A program made the position numbers and the translations under genes. A stretch of DNA of 64,000 nucleotides. Source: Lama guanicoe (Eukaryota). The notes below the pieces were generated by a model, which did not search any database, was not told the origin of the DNA, and saw nothing but the letters and a program-made list of their open reading frames with translations. How positions within the stretch are numbered: the stretch's first letter is position 1; every line of letters starts with the position of its first letter. Shown here piece by piece: positions 51,201 to 64,000 of this stretch. Location: NCBI GenBank assembly GCA_013239625.1, contig MU054098.1, positions 2,791,104 to 2,855,103 on the forward strand, in the 5' to 3' direction.

Positions 51201-54200
51201 TTAATTCTATTGAGAGCATACTTTTATGATTTCTGTTCTTTTAAATTTGTTAAGGTGTATTTTATTGCCCAGAATATGGGCTTTCTTGGTGAATGTTCCA
51301 TATGAGTTTGAAAAAAATATGTTTTGATGTTGGATGGAATGTTCTATAAATGTCTGTTAAATCAAGTTGATTGATAATGCTGTTCTGATTGATTGTATCC
51401 CTACTGGTATTCTGCTGTTTGATCTGTCAATTATTGAATGGGGGGGCATCGAAGTCTGCAACTATAATAATGGATTTGTTTGTTTCTCCTTTCAGTTCTA
51501 TCGGTTCTTGCCTTATCTACATTGGCACTTTTGTTAGGTGCATACATATTTAGGATTATTATGTGTTTTTCTCAGAATTGATCCCTTTATCATTGCTTAC
51601 TGCTTCTTTTCATCTCTGACAATTTTCCCTGTTCCAAAGTCTGCTTTGTCTGAAATTATATAGCTATTCCAGCTTTCTTTTTTTGTCCAGGTTCCTTTTG
51701 ATTAGTGTAGTATGATACATCTTTCTCCATTGCTTTACTTTTAACCTCTCAGTCTTTATATTTAAAGTGAGCTTCTTGTACATAATATATACTTGGGGTT
51801 TTTTTTGATCCACTCTGACAATTTTTGTCTTTAATTAGTGTTTTTAGACCATTCATATTTTAAATGATTTTTTATATATTTGGATTAATATCAACCAAGT
51901 TTATAACTGTTTTCTCTTTGTTCTCTTTCTGCCTTCTCTAGTTTTAATTATTTTACATGATTCCATTTGTCTTCTCTCACTGTATCAGTTATAGATATAT
52001 TTTAATCTCAGTGATTTTCCTCGAGTTTGTATTTTTTAAAAAGACCACTTTCAAATAACACTCTTCTGCTTCATTTATATGTAGTGCAGGTGACTTACCA
52101 CAGAGCACTTATCATTCATTTCACCTATCCATTTGCTACAATCACTTAATACATTGTTACTTTATTGCTTTAGACAAACAGTTATCTTTTACATCAATTA
52201 AGAATAATAAAAATAAAAGATTTCATTTTACTTTCATTTATTGCATTTCCAGTGCTCTTCCTTTATGTAGATCTGAGTTGCTGACCTATATAATTTTTCT
52301 TCTGCCTGGCAACAATCTTCTAACATTTCTTGAAGGAAAGGTTTGTTTATGCTGAATTCCATCAGTTTTTGTTTGAGAAAGTATTTTATTTCTTCTTCAC
52401 ATTTGAAGGATTATTTCACTGAATATGGAATTTTAGGTTAGTGTTTTTTTTTCTTTCAACACTTTATTTACAGAATTACAGAGATAGGAGTGTTAACACT
52501 GAGATGGAGGATTTATTTCTCCTTGTAGTTCTGTCAAATTTTGTTTTATTTACTTTGAGATCAAGTTAATAATACAAATTTTAAGATATCACGAAGTGAC
52601 ACTCATGATATGTCTTGTAATGCTTTTTACTTTAAAGTCTATTTTGTTATTAACTATAATGGTTTTCTTTTGGTTACTGTTTTCATGTTATATTATTTCT
52701 ACATTTTTACTTTCAGTCTTTATGTATCTTTGTATTTCAGATATGTCTTTTGTAAACTGTATATAGTTGGGTTTTTTCCAGTCTGAAAATCTTTGTTTTT
52801 GAATTGTTTCATGTAAATCACTTACATTTAATGTACTTACTGGTATTAATACTAGATGTAACTAAACCATTGTACCAAGTTCTCTATGTCCCATCTGATC
52901 TATGTTAGTTTTCTCTTCTTTAGGATTGATTATTTTCTTATTTTTGCCCCTCTATTAGCTTAGAAGTTTTACACTCTTTTACTCTTTCTTAATAGTTACC
53001 TGACAGTTATAGCATACAGTTTTATCTTACCAAAGTCTAATATTAATTTATACTTTTACACACTCCCCAGATAATGCCAGAACTTTAAATACTTTTGCTC
53101 TAGCTCTCTTGACTCATGTTGTCAATATGAATTAAGATATTATTGTTTTTATATAGTATTGATTTAAATTTATAAAAGTAGTTAGCCATTTAACCTTTTA
53201 ATTGCTGTTTAGTCCTTCATCCCCAGTCTTCCATTTGAGATCATTTTCCTGTTATCTTAAAAATACCCTGTAGCATTTAGTATTTCCCTTGGTTCATGGC
53301 TGCTGCTGGAAAACTCTCTCTGTTTTTGTTTATTTGTAAAGGTTTTATTTCACCTTTATTTTTGAAGGGTATTTTTGCTGGTTAGCAATTTCTTGGTTAG
53401 CACTGATTTTCTTTCAAGACACTAAAGATGTCATTCCACCATCTTTATGCTTTTATCATTGCTGTTGTGAAGCCAGTAATTAGCCTAACTTTTGTTCCTT
53501 TCAAGGCATACTCTATTTTTTCTGACTACTTCTATGATTTTCTCTTTTGTCTTTGATTGTCTGTCATAAGTTCACTATCATGCATTCGGTGCATGAATTT
53601 CTTTTTACTTACCCTGTTTGGGATTTGTTGGACTTCTTGGATCTATGGAACAATGTATTTCATTGGTTTTGAAAAGCCCTCAGCCATTATCTTCAAAGAT
53701 TGACTCTGAACAATTCCATTTCTCTTTTCCTTCTGGAAATCCAATTAAATATGCATTAGACCTTATCATACCCTCCTGTCTGTATTTTCCATCTTCTTGT
53801 CTACCTGTGCAGCCTTATGGATAATTTTGTCTGGATATAATTTCTAGTAATTTAAAACTCTCTTGAGCTGCATCTAATCTGCTGTTAAGGCCATCCGTTG
53901 AGTTTCTGATTTAAGCTAAGTTACTTTTTAGTTTTGGAGTTTTCATTAATTTTCTTCCCCACTCTTTCTGTTTTCTAGTTCCTTGTTGAAATTTTCAAGA
54001 TTGGGTTTTATTTATCTGAATACACTAAGCATTTTGGTTTAGTAAACTGATAATTCAAATAATTCAAAGCTAATGGATCTGTTTGTATTACCTGTTGTCT
54101 CTACTGCTTCTTACCTATGATGTCTTTTTTCTTTGTGTTCCTGGTTATCTTTGTGTATGGGCATTGTACTTGAACAACTGTTCGTTGAAATAATTTGAGG

Positions 54201-54400
54201 CCAAGAATGATGAAATCTTCCTCCAGAGAAGATTTTGTTTCCATTGGTCAGGTCTGTAAGGGTGCTTCCTGTCTGGACCTACCATGATCTACATACAAAG
54301 CTTAAAGTTTACTAGTTCACCTAGGTGTTGCAAGGCCAAACTAAAAGGTTTTATTTCCAGTTACCCTTAAAGTGAAACATTTGAGGTTCCTAGGAAATCT
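48265..54400 (-). mobile_element. Composite of ancient antisense L1 elements between TCEAL4 and TCEAL3
   Basis: T-rich antisense L1 phrases throughout, e.g. 'caatcatgtcatttgcaaatagagacagttttatttc', 'ggacatccttgccttgttcctgatcttagg' and 'gaagtctgcaactataataatggatttg'. Confidence 0.8.
50829..50985 (+). mobile_element. tRNA-derived SINE (Vic-1-like) inserted in L1
   Basis: SINE head at ~50830-50900 and TSD agaattctcttc at 50817-50828 and 50986-50997. Confidence 0.9.
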
Positions 54401-55399
54401 CTCCCCCTTTAATGAGCCTTGGGCTTTGATTTTTGTTACCCTAGTGCCTTGAATGTGCTGAAGGTTGAACTCATTTTGGTGCTGGTTTATTCCTTAACCA
54501 CAGATGCCCTCAAGACAAATATAGTTGACCATATGAGTACTAAAAAACTTGTGAATTTCTCTGACCCGATGTAGAAAAAGAGTTCTTAATTCTGAATTGA
54601 AATCTAGATGCAATAGAAGTCTGCTAAATTTGACTGATTTTTTAATGCATGGCAGAAATACACCATTAAAAAAGTAAAAAAGCAATTAACGAACTGGAAG
54701 TAAATATTTGCAACTTATATAACAGAGTAAGACCTAATATAGTTAAATGTATACTTGAAAAGTGAGAAGGATCAACAGCCCAATAGAAAAATGTGGAAAA
54801 GACATGAACAATTTACAATGATATTAAAAATTGTCATTAAACAAATGCAAAATAAAGTGCAATTGAGATTCTCTCACCTATCCTATTAGTGAAAATTAAA
54901 AAGTATGTCACATTGAAAAAGGTGTGGGGAAATCAGCACTCTCTTATATTGCTGGTGGGAAAGTAAAAATGGGTCTGAGGCTCAGGGGAAGGAATAACCT
55001 GGATTCGTAGATATGGGAATCATTTGTGTTTAGAAGGAAATGAACAGAGATCACGCAGGGAGAGAGAGAGTATGTGGATTAAGACAGGAGGCCCAGAACA
55101 CCAATACTCAAGGTGGCAGCTCAACTTCCCGGAGGGTCAACCACCTGGGCTCTGCAGTCAGGCAGAGCTGGTCTTGAAAGCGAGTTGTAGGGCTCGGTTG
55201 CTGAGCACTCTTGGCGAAGTCGGTTACCCTCCTGTGATCAGCTGTCACAGCTGGCGAAAATGGGGATCTCAGAGGGATGCTGTTCAAGGACCTGAGATGC
55301 GCCAGGTAAAGCACCTGCATCAGGAAGTCTACCCTCTCCTACTCTGTCTCCCTCTTCTCCAACCCCCACTCCCCACCGTCAGCAGCTGTCTGGTCCCTC

Positions 55400-55641
55400 A
55401 GGACGGGGGTGAGGGGGCGGGGCGGGGGGTGCCGAGCTCGGGTGACGCGATGCTCACGTGACCGGCCGGGCGCAGACGTGGGCAGCAGCCCCCGCGCCCG
55501 CCCGCCCTGTGGTCAGGTCCTGGAGCCGTCTGCTGGCGTCGCCCGCGCGGAACCAGCTCCCGGAGCTGCCCGGGCGGCGGGCAAGGGGCGAGCGGGCTTA
55601 GGCGAGCCCGAGGAGGCGCAGGCCTGGCCCGGGCCCCGCAG
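55400..55641 (+). promoter_or_regulatory. TCEAL3: TCEAL3 CpG-island promoter and non-coding exon 1
   Basis: GC boxes at ~55412-55428, TGACG at 55443-55447, TCACGTGA at 55454-55461 and donor CAG|GTCAGT after 55641. Confidence 0.75.
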
Positions 55642-56184
55642 GTCAGTGCGAAGGTGGGCGCTGCTGGCGGCCCGCGCGGGGGTGGAGGCGGATGACAGGA
55701 GGATCCAGGAGCGGCGGGGCGGGGCCGGGGAGGAGGGGAAGGGTCCAGAGATGGGTGAGGAGGGGCACGGGGCGCGGGGTGGGGAAGGAGGACCCTGCAG
55801 CTGGTCCCGCCGCCCCCTCAACGCCCCTTCTCTGTGCCCTCCATCCATTTTCGAGCTTGAATGGTGGGGGGGGGGGGCTGCGCCCCCGCAGTGCGACAGT
55901 GAAACATAGACAAATTCTAAAAATCACCCACCTCTCACACTCTGTGTCCATAAGGAAAGTGACCGCCGCGTAAACGGGTGGGAATGGGGCGGATTGCCGT
56001 CAAGAAAGGGGGACAGAAAGATTAGTTTGGAAAGGATCCTGGTCTGAGGCCTTAAAAGCAATGGCGGCTGGGATGCAGGGGAGGTAGGGGAGGGAAAAGT
56101 TGGATGAGGAGGGCCCGGATTAAGGAAAGAAACCTCAGTCCACTCACCATGCAGCCCCTGCCCCAGTCTCCTGTCTGTCTGCAG

Positions 56185-56251
56185 GTCTGCCTGTCTGTTC
56201 CCAGCACTCTGCAAGGCTAGAAAAGGAGGAACCAGTCCAGAATCCCTGCAG
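56185..56251 (+). other. TCEAL3: TCEAL3 non-coding exon 2 (predicted)
   Basis: Acceptor ctcctgtctgtctgcag| and donor cag|gtcagt. Paralogous to 45886-45958. Confidence 0.75.
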
Positions 56252-56650
56252 GTCAGTGAAAGGGGGAGAGGCACTGGACAAGGATGGGAGTTGGAGGGAC
56301 AGGTTTGGAGGGCACAGCTCGGGCAGAAATTTGAGGGCCCCATTGACCAGCCCCCCACTATGTATAATATATACACTCCCTGCCACTCTGAAGGTTGGTA
56401 CAGAAGGTGGCGGGGCCTGCCCTGGAAGTGGTTGGCTCTCATGTACAGGAGGAACGGTGTGGTAAAGTGTGTCACAAGGCACACTAAGAAGGCCAGGCCA
56501 GGTCAGGGAATCCCTGACAAGGGCGAGATACAAGTGCTATCCGGAGCTGCATTCCACCCCCAGGCCCTCAGTCTCTCTTGTCTCCTCTTTGTCTCCTCTC
56601 CCCACCCCACCCCATCCTCCCAGCACAGGAAAAGGAGGCGACATCTCAAC

Positions 56651-57253
56651 ATGGAAAAACTCTGCAATGAAAATGAAGGAAAGCTGGAAAGCGAGGGAAA
56701 GCCAGAAGATGAAGTAGAGCCTGAAAATGAAGGGAAGTCAGATGAGGAAGAAAAGCTGAAAGTGGAGGGGAAGTCAGAACATGCGCGAAAGCTCCAGAAT
56801 GAGGGACGGCCAGAAGATGAGGGATCACCATATGGTAAGGGGAAGCAAGAAAAGCAGGGAAAGTCTGAAGCCGAGGGAAAACCATATAGTGAGGGCAAGC
56901 CCGAATCCCAGGCAAAGCCAGAGAGTGAGCCACGGGCTGCTGAAAAGCGCCCGGCTGAAGATTATGTGCCCCGGAAAGCAAAAAGAAAAACGGACAGGGG
57001 GACGGACGATTCCCCCAAGAACCGTCAGGAGGACTTACAGGAAAGGCATTTGGGCAGTGAGGAGATGATGAGAGAATGTGGAGATATGTCACGGGCTCAG
57101 GAGGAGCTAAGGAAAAAACAGAAAATGAGTGGCTTTCATTGGATGCAAAGAGATGTACAGGATCCCTTCACCCCAAGGGGGCAACGGGGTGTCAGGGGAA
57201 TGAGAGGCGGAGGTAGGGGCCAAAGGGGCTTACATGATATCCCATATCTTTAA
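56651..57253 (+). CDS. TCEAL3: Transcription elongation factor A protein-like 3 (BEX/TCEAL family), 200 aa
   Basis: MEKLCNENEGKLESEGKPEDEVEP...[29 protein letters not shown]...WMQRDVQDPFTPRGQRGVRGMRGGGRGQRGLHDIPYL. As recalled, the C-terminus GLHDIPYL distinguishes TCEAL3 from TCEAL5/6. Kozak aacATGg and AATAAA at 57482-57487. Confidence 0.9.
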   Translation: MEKLCNENEGKLESEGKPEDEVEPENEGKSDEEEKLKVEGKSEHARKLQNEGRPEDEGSPYGKGKQEKQGKSEAEGKPYSEGKPESQAKPESEPRAAEKRPAEDYVPRKAKRKTDRGTDDSPKNRQEDLQERHLGSEEMMRECGDMSRAQEELRKKQKMSGFHWMQRDVQDPFTPRGQRGVRGMRGGGRGQRGLHDIPYL

Positions 57254-57964
57254 TGCCTTTGGCCTTCAATTCTGACTCCTCCAGTGAAAATGTTGCTGAC
57301 CCTGCTTTCCCTGGCAGGCATTTGCCAGGCTATGTGCTTTAACCTTAAGCTGATACTTTGCTTTAGGTGTCACTCTTGTTACCAGCAGCCTTTTGACCCA
57401 ACTACAGTGCTCTCTGTGTTTCAGTAGGGGATTTTTGCCCACGTGCATGGAAGAGATGTTCATGGTACACTGTAAAATAACAATAAAGGAAAAACAGTTT
57501 TCAGAACCGCATATACAGTATCAGCCCATTTTTGTAAAAATATAAATGTATAATGCATTTGTGCACAGAGAAAACTCTGAAAATGTGTGCACTAAAAAAT
57601 AGGCAATGTTTTTTCCTGCAAGGTAGCCAGAAAATAGGTCTTGCCTGCACTCAGAAATGAGCCCAATCACCTAATGGTTAGGAACCTCCATGCCATTCCT
57701 CTGCGGTGTGCTCATCCCCATCTCTTCCTCTCGTTGTAACCATGTCACTGGGCACTGCTGTCCTCTACTGTCCTATGGCTCCCACCACGTGTAATTCTTT
57801 TTATTTTCTTTGCTCACTCATCTCCACTTTTTCTTAAGTGATGTGGATTATATTTGTCATAATTTTAAAAATCCAGAAGTCAATACATGATAAACAATTG
57901 AAATGTTCAGTGAGCTTATGCAAGCAAAGAAGACACTTTAAATTCCTGTGGTAATAATGTAAAA

Positions 57965-58610
57965 TAAGTGAAACATTACTTCTGGGACTCATAGCTAGAG
58001 GAATCAACTTGACAGTTTTAACAGATCCAGTGCTCTGAAGGTCAGTCTTGTCACCTGTGAAATGGGACTAAAACTTGCCTCACAAACTGCTGAATGGATC
58101 AGATGAGGTCCTGAGTATGTGAGCTGTGTTGGGCTGGCTCATTTGTAGTACTAGGACCCTGGACCTTGTCAGATGCTCAGGGGAGGGCTGAAGGTAGGTC
58201 TCGCCTGTGCCCAGGAACAAGTCCAAGTAGCTGAGACGAGGGTGCTACTCCTCTTTGGATACTACCATATCTGCTGAGCATCCCTGTTCTGTGCCCTGTA
58301 CCCACTGCCTACAGCTATTAATATGATGGAGTCTTCATGGTGGCAAAGCCACTCTGATTTCCTGTAGTTCCCAAAGGGCCACAGCCCCTATTTGACTCCT
58401 ACTGGAGTGTGGATAAACCCCCTCTCCCAGCTTCAGAGTTGTACCTACCCAGGAGGTACTATCCCAGGCCTGTTTGGGCTCCATGGTATTACATAGTTCT
58501 TAGCAAGGCAGTCATTAACATTTTTAGTTCATTTTATGTTTGCTTAGAGTAGTTTCTTCATAAGACTTCTGATATTTTGGGTCAACTGAGGGTTGTATAC
58601 TGAGACAAAT
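57965..58610 (+). repeat. Downstream paralogous block of the TCEAL duplication, copy 2
   Basis: Co-linear with ~47455-48065. Confidence 0.8.
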
Positions 58611-58696
58611 CTTTGGACCAGATAATGGATGGTGATTTGAACTGAACACCACACCACAGTACCCCAGGGAAATCATATCCAAATTTACATACTTTT

Positions 58697-58816
58697 TAGG
58701 GGGGTAGGTAATTAGGTTTATTTATTTATTTATTTTTAGAGGAGGTACTGGGGATTGAACCCAGGATTGTCCATGCTAAGCATGCACTTTACCACTTGAG
58801 CTATATCCTCCCCTCC
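58697..58816 (-). mobile_element. tRNA-derived SINE (Vic-1-like)
   Basis: Reverse-complement SINE head 'ggtactggggattgaacccagg...ccacttgagctatatcctcccc', with flanks ttacatacYttt at 58685-58696 and 58817-58828. Confidence 0.9.
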
Positions 58817-59279
58817 TTACATACCTTTCTTAGTGTGAATTTTCTCTCTAAAAAGTGTCCTAGCTGGTCCACTATACAAAATCAAGGGACTTGTCCACAC
58901 ATAATCAGAGAGGGTTACCCAACTGAATTTCAAGCTGAAAATATCCCTTCCCATTTCAATTCCAACTGAAAGGGGTAATAATGCTCTTAAAAATATTAAA
59001 ACTCTCAGAATATAGCCAATATTTATAACAACTGTAAATAGAATATAACTTTTAAAAATTGTGAATCACAATACTATACACCTGTAACTTATTTAATATT
59101 GTACAGCAACTATACTTCAATTAAAAAGTCAAACAAAAAACTCTCAAATGTTAGACATTTTTATTTAAACCACTAGTATGTTCCCTTCCCCAAAGACTTA
59201 TTCATCCTAATATCCCTCACACTGTACTTGACACATATACTTAATAAAGTATGATTGAATCAGGAGCCCTGAGTTAGAA

Positions 59280-61850
59280 GAGATGTTCATGGATTAGAAG
59301 ACTCAACAGTGTTAATATGGTAATTCTCTCCAAAACTGACCTATAAAGTCAATGCTGTCTCAATAAAAATCTCAGCAAACTGCGATTCTAAAAGTTATAT
59401 GAAAAAGCAAAGGACACAGTGTAGCCAAAATATTTTGAAAATGAAGAACAAGTTGGAGGAACAAACTCACTGTCTGATTTCAGATCTGACTATAAAGCTA
59501 TAGTAATCAAGACTGTATAGTTTTGGCACAAAGATAGACACATAGATCAATGGAATAAAACAGTCCAAAAGTAGACCCACATATATATGGTCAGTTAATT
59601 TTTTAAAAAAGTCCCAAAGGAATTCAGGAGAGAAAGAAAGATTTTTCAATAAATGATGCTGGAACAATTGGATGCTGTCTTGATCACTTTCAGCTGATAT
59701 AACGAAAATTACCACAGACTGGGATTTCTCACAGTCCTGGATTCTGGGAAGTCCATGATCAAGATGCTGGCAGATTTGGTGTCTGGTGAGGGTTCAATTC
59801 CTGGTTCATAAACAGGTGTCTTCACATGGCAGAAGGGGCAAGGGAGCTCTCCTTGGGGTCTCTTTTATAATGGAACTAATCCCATTCATGAGGGTTCCAC
59901 CTGCATGACCTAGTTGCCTCCCAAAGGCCCCACTTCCAAATACCATCCCATTGGATGAATTTTGGGGTTACACAAACATTCAGTCTACAGCAGACATTCA
60001 TATACAAAAAAATACCCTTACCTCACATCATATACAAAACATGAATTAAAAATGGTTCACAAATCAAAATGTAAAACCCAAAATTATAAAAACTTCATTT
60101 AGAAATAAGAAAAACTAGAACAGATTGTAGTTGCATAGTTTAAGCAAGTGAAATCTTTGACCATGAAATACAGTGTAATAGTTACATTTCAGTATATCTT
60201 TATCAGGTTGAGGAAGTTCTCATTTTGTCAAATGCTTTTTCTTTGCCTAGTGAGATGATTTTCCCTTTATTGTATTAATATGGCATTTCATGTTGATTGA
60301 TAGTCAGAGGTCAAACTAGCCTTGCATTCGTGGGGTGAATTGCACTTGGTTAGGGCATCCTTTATATATGATGCTGAATTATTCTGCTAGTATTTTACAG
60401 AGGAATTTTGTGTCTATATCCATCAAGTTTTGTGTGTGTGTGTGTGATATTTTTATCTGGTTTGGTATCAGGGTAATGCTAACATCAGACAATGTATTGA
60501 GAAGTGGCCTCTCTTCTATTTTTGTAAGAATATAAAATGTTTGTTATTAATTTTTCTTTAAAAGATTGGTAGAATAAACCAGTGAAGCTGACTGGGCCTG
60601 GGCTTTTCTTTGTGAGGTTTTTTGATTACTAATTCAATCTCTACTTGATATAGGACTACTCAGATTTTATAATTCTTCCTGAATCAGTTTCAGTATATAT
60701 ACCTTTTTTAGAAAATGTCCACTCCTTCTAGGTTATCTAATTTGTTAATATGTAATTATTCACAGCATTTCTTAAAATCCTTTTCATTTCTGTAAGGGCA
60801 GTAGTGATGTCCCCACTTTTATTCCTGATTTTAGTAATGAAAGTCTTCTTGCTTTTTCTTAGTGAGAGTATGAAATTTAGTTGATCTTTTTAAAGAACCT
60901 ATTTCCATTTCATTGATGGTCTCTATTGTATTCCTGTACTCTATTACATTTATTTCCACTCTAATCTTTATTATTTCCTTCCTCTGTTTGCTTTGGTTTA
61001 ATTTGTTCTACTTTTTTCAGTAACTATATTAAGCCATAAAATAAGTCTCAAAATATTAAAAGGATTTAAATCAAACAAAACATGTTCTACAACCAAAATG
61101 GCATGAAATTAGAAATACGTAACATGAGGACATTTTGGGAATTAATAAATATATTGGAAATAAAAAATACACTCCTAAATAATCAATGGGTCAAAAAAAG
61201 AAAACAAAAGGAAAATTACACAATAATTTGAGATTAAAGAAAACAAAAACAGTACATACCAAAACTTATGGGATGCAGCTAAAGCAGAGCTTAAAGGAAA
61301 AATTGTAGCTATAAATACCCATATTTTAAAAAGAATAAAGATCTCAATAACCTAATCTTTCACCTTAAGAAACCATGAAAAGAATACCAAGCTAAACACA
61401 AACCAAGTAGAAGAAAGGAAATAATAAAGATTAGAGCAGAAATTAATGAGATGGAGAACACAAAAATAATTGAGAAAATCAATGAGATCAAAATTTGTTT
61501 CTTTGAAAAGAATAACAAAAACAACACATCATTAACCACACTGACCAAGAAAGAGAAAAAAGTGAGACGATTCACATTGCTAAAATCAGGAATGAAAGAG
61601 GGGACATTGCTACCAAATTGACACAAATAAAAAGTACTGTAAGTCAATACTACAGACAATTTTATGATAATGTATTGGATAACCTAGATGAAATAGACAT
61701 TCCTAGAAAGATACAAATTACCAACACTGAGTCAAGAAGAAATACAAAGTCTGAATAGACCTATAACAAGTAAAGAGATGGATTTAGTTATTAAAAACAA
61801 ACAAACAAAAACTTTCTGCAAAGAAAATCTCAGGACCAGAGGGCTGCAAT
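59280..61850. mobile_element. Mixed-orientation L1 fragments with an MLT1A-like LTR (~59675-59992)
   Basis: Sense ORF2 at 59280-60100, antisense at ~60190-61020 and sense at ~61021-61850. MLT1 phrases include 'aagatgctggcagatttggtgtctggtgagg...caaacattcagtctacagca'. Confidence 0.75.
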
Positions 61851-61863
61851 TGTGAATTTTATT

Positions 61864-62730
61864 ATGATATTGTGATTTATAATAAGAAATATATATTTGG
61901 ATTTTGTCCTATTCCTAGTACAGAGCTCCTAAAATCCTTGGAATTTCCTAAGTGATGAGAACAATAAAAGTGTCTTGTTATTCATAACAAGCCCTTTTCA
62001 ACCACATCAGGCTTTATATCAATGAGGTGACCTCTAGAAAGCCCCTATGTAACTTAAAGATGGGGGCTGATTGCCAGGGGAACCAACCATAATTTGAGCA
62101 GTGGAACTTTCAGTTCCTCCCTGCCTCCCCTCACCTCACTTCAGGGGAGGAGAGGGTCTGGAGGTTGAGTTAATTGCCAACATCCAATGACTTAATCAAT
62201 CATGCTTATGTAATGAAACTTCCATAAAAATCCCTGAACTATGGAGTTCAGGGAGCTTCCCAGTTGGTAAATACTTGGAGGTGCTGGGAGAGTGGCTCTC
62301 CTGGAGAAGGCATGGAAGCTCCACACTCCCTCTCATACTTTGCCCTATACATGTCTTCCATTTGGCTGTTCCTGAGTTATATTCTTTTATAATAAACTGT
62401 TAATCTAGTAAGTAAAATATTTTCCTGAGTTCTGTTAGCTGCCCTAGCAAACTATTGAACTTGAGGAGGAGAAGATGAGAACCTCCAATCTATAGCCAGT
62501 TGGTACAGGTAACCTGAAGTTGTGACTGGCATCTGAAGTGGGGATGGGGGCAGTATTGTAGGACTTAACATTCTAGCTGTGGGATCTGATGCTATCTCCT
62601 AGTAAACACAGGACATCCAGCTAGTGTGGTAGACCTGCTTGATGTGTGGAAAACCTACACATCTGGGATCAGAAGTGAAGTAATTTTGTAATAGAGTATC
62701 GAGAGTAGAGGAGACATAGAGTAGCATGAT
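61864..62730 (+). mobile_element. MER21C-like LTR
   Basis: 'tgatattgtgatttataataagaaatatatatttgg...cagagctcctaaaatccttggaatttcct...ttttataataaactgttaatctagtaagtaaa'. Confidence 0.8.
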
Positions 62731-62797
62731 TTTTCTTTACATCTACTAATGTTTAGAGGAGAATAAATGCCAGCACTTTACAAATCTTCCAAAATAT

Positions 62798-63130
62798 TGT
62801 TAAAAGATAAATTTCAAGAGTTTATTTGAGCAAACGTCAATTCAAACTGGATAGTGCCAAACTGGAAGAGGTTTGGAGCATTCTATAGACAGGAGCTAGG
62901 GGCAAGGTTTTTATAGCGATATGACAGCAAGGCAAGGAAATTATTTAATTGGTTATATCTTAAGCAACTCTTTGGGAAGCCTAATTGGCTGTTTGTGATT
63001 GATTGTTCTTCTTAACCTTGAGACATTTACAGGAATTGACTCTGGTTTAGATGTCAGTTTGCTTACTCAGTCTACCAAATCATTAGAGTAACTTCAATCT
63101 AAGGGTCTCCTTGTTTGATTACTTTAATAA
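62798..63130 (-). mobile_element. 3' LTR of a minus-strand ERV1-type provirus
   Basis: On the minus strand a polypurine tract (aaaagggagaaa, ~63142-63131) immediately precedes the LTR, which has AATAAA at 62826-62821 and ends ...ttttaaca at 62798. Confidence 0.7.
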
Positions 63131-64000
63131 TTTCTCCCTTTTGGTATTAGCATCACTCTCAGTCACTACTAGGTTTAAAATGTTCTTGTTTTGTGAAATT
63201 TGTTGTGAAACTCATAGGTTATGATGTCAGGATTGTGGAAGAATTGTTTTTGCTGTTCATTTTGTTTGTTTCTCCAAGAGTGAGACCACCTGCTGCACTG
63301 CTGATGGCTGTGAACGTGTATTTAAGATCCCTGAGAGAACACAGAACATCAGAGAGACTGTAATGATGACTATCAGGAGGGTAATACCAAGAGACTGAAG
63401 TATGCTGCTTAGCCAGGACCCTCATGAACCAAACCAGTTGATACCTAGGAAGTTAAAGAATGTACCTGAAGAGGCATCTACCTGTTCTAGCCAAGTGGCT
63501 TATTTGTTAATTCCTTTTATTTGCACTGTATCAGAGGTGTCAACCCAGGTACAATACAAGGTATTTTTCTATGGCACAAATTCCTCCTTGTTTAGCCAAA
63601 GTACTGTAAAGGAATTCTGCTATCTAAAATCACCATAGCAAGAAAGCCTAGGGACTTTTATTGTGCAGCTATGGCCTTATTGTTAGATTTAGCAATAGTT
63701 GCCAGAGTTAAGGAGCATCATCTTCCCATGAATTAACATAGAGAAAAAGCAAATAGCAAAAAGGCAAACGGAACAGAGTTTTCATATTAAAGATGAAAGT
63801 CTTGATCTGTGATCTTGGGAGATCTATCTACCTCAAGATGTCATCTGCTTCTGGGGAGGAACTTCCCTAATTAATTTTAATTTCAGATCTCCAGTTGGTG
63901 TGCAGTTCCAAGAGTGGAGGAATTCTTTTTAACTGGGATATATGGACCCAAGTTTCAAGGCCCTGAAGTTTGGTGCCATCTGGGTAGTAAGGAGGACCTA
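63131..64000 (-). mobile_element. ERV internal region with decayed env TM remnant
   Basis: Minus-strand translation of ~63720-63480, with stops and frameshifts: SLTLATIAKSNNKAIAAQ*KSLGFLAMVILDSRIPLQY/LAKQGGICAI/NTLYCTWVDTS. This resembles the gamma-type env immunosuppressive domain plus CX6CC region. Confidence 0.75.

Noticed and set aside
56291..56650. 120-aa N-terminal extension of the TCEAL3 ORF
   Set aside because: It has a TTG start, is intronic and crosses the acceptor. The family N-terminus MEK begins at 56651.

Overview
This is mammalian genomic DNA, not microbial. Six copies of a tRNA-derived SINE resembling camelid Vic-1, plus cetartiodactyl-type L1 3' ends, point to a camelid (alpaca, llama or camel). 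The window lies in the BEX/TCEAL cluster, which is X-linked in eutherians by established knowledge. Two intact genes are present on the + strand: TCEAL4 (CDS 46333-46977, 214 aa) and TCEAL3 (CDS 56651-57253, 200 aa). Each has a CpG-island promoter, two non-coding 5' exons and a single coding exon, and together they form an old ~3 kb tandem duplication unit. A divergent histone H2B variant-like locus lies on the - strand (39351-38983). It keeps an H2B-type CCAAT/octamer/TATA promoter and a degenerate histone stem-loop, but has two mutually compensating frameshifts, both in homopolymer runs. Other non-genic structure includes a ~0.7 kb duplicated cassette carrying paired CTCF-like motifs (~3.4-4.1 kb and ~10.3-11.1 kb), an orphan CRE + RFX X-box CpG promoter at ~25.3 kb with candidate minus-strand exons, and several structurally unusual retrotransposon insertions. 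Most of the rest is L1, LTR/ERV, MIR/L2 and DNA-transposon debris. Nearly all short ORFs in the track are spurious or are L1 remnants. Repeat family names come from recall of consensus sequences, not from a database search, and most repeat boundaries are approximate.
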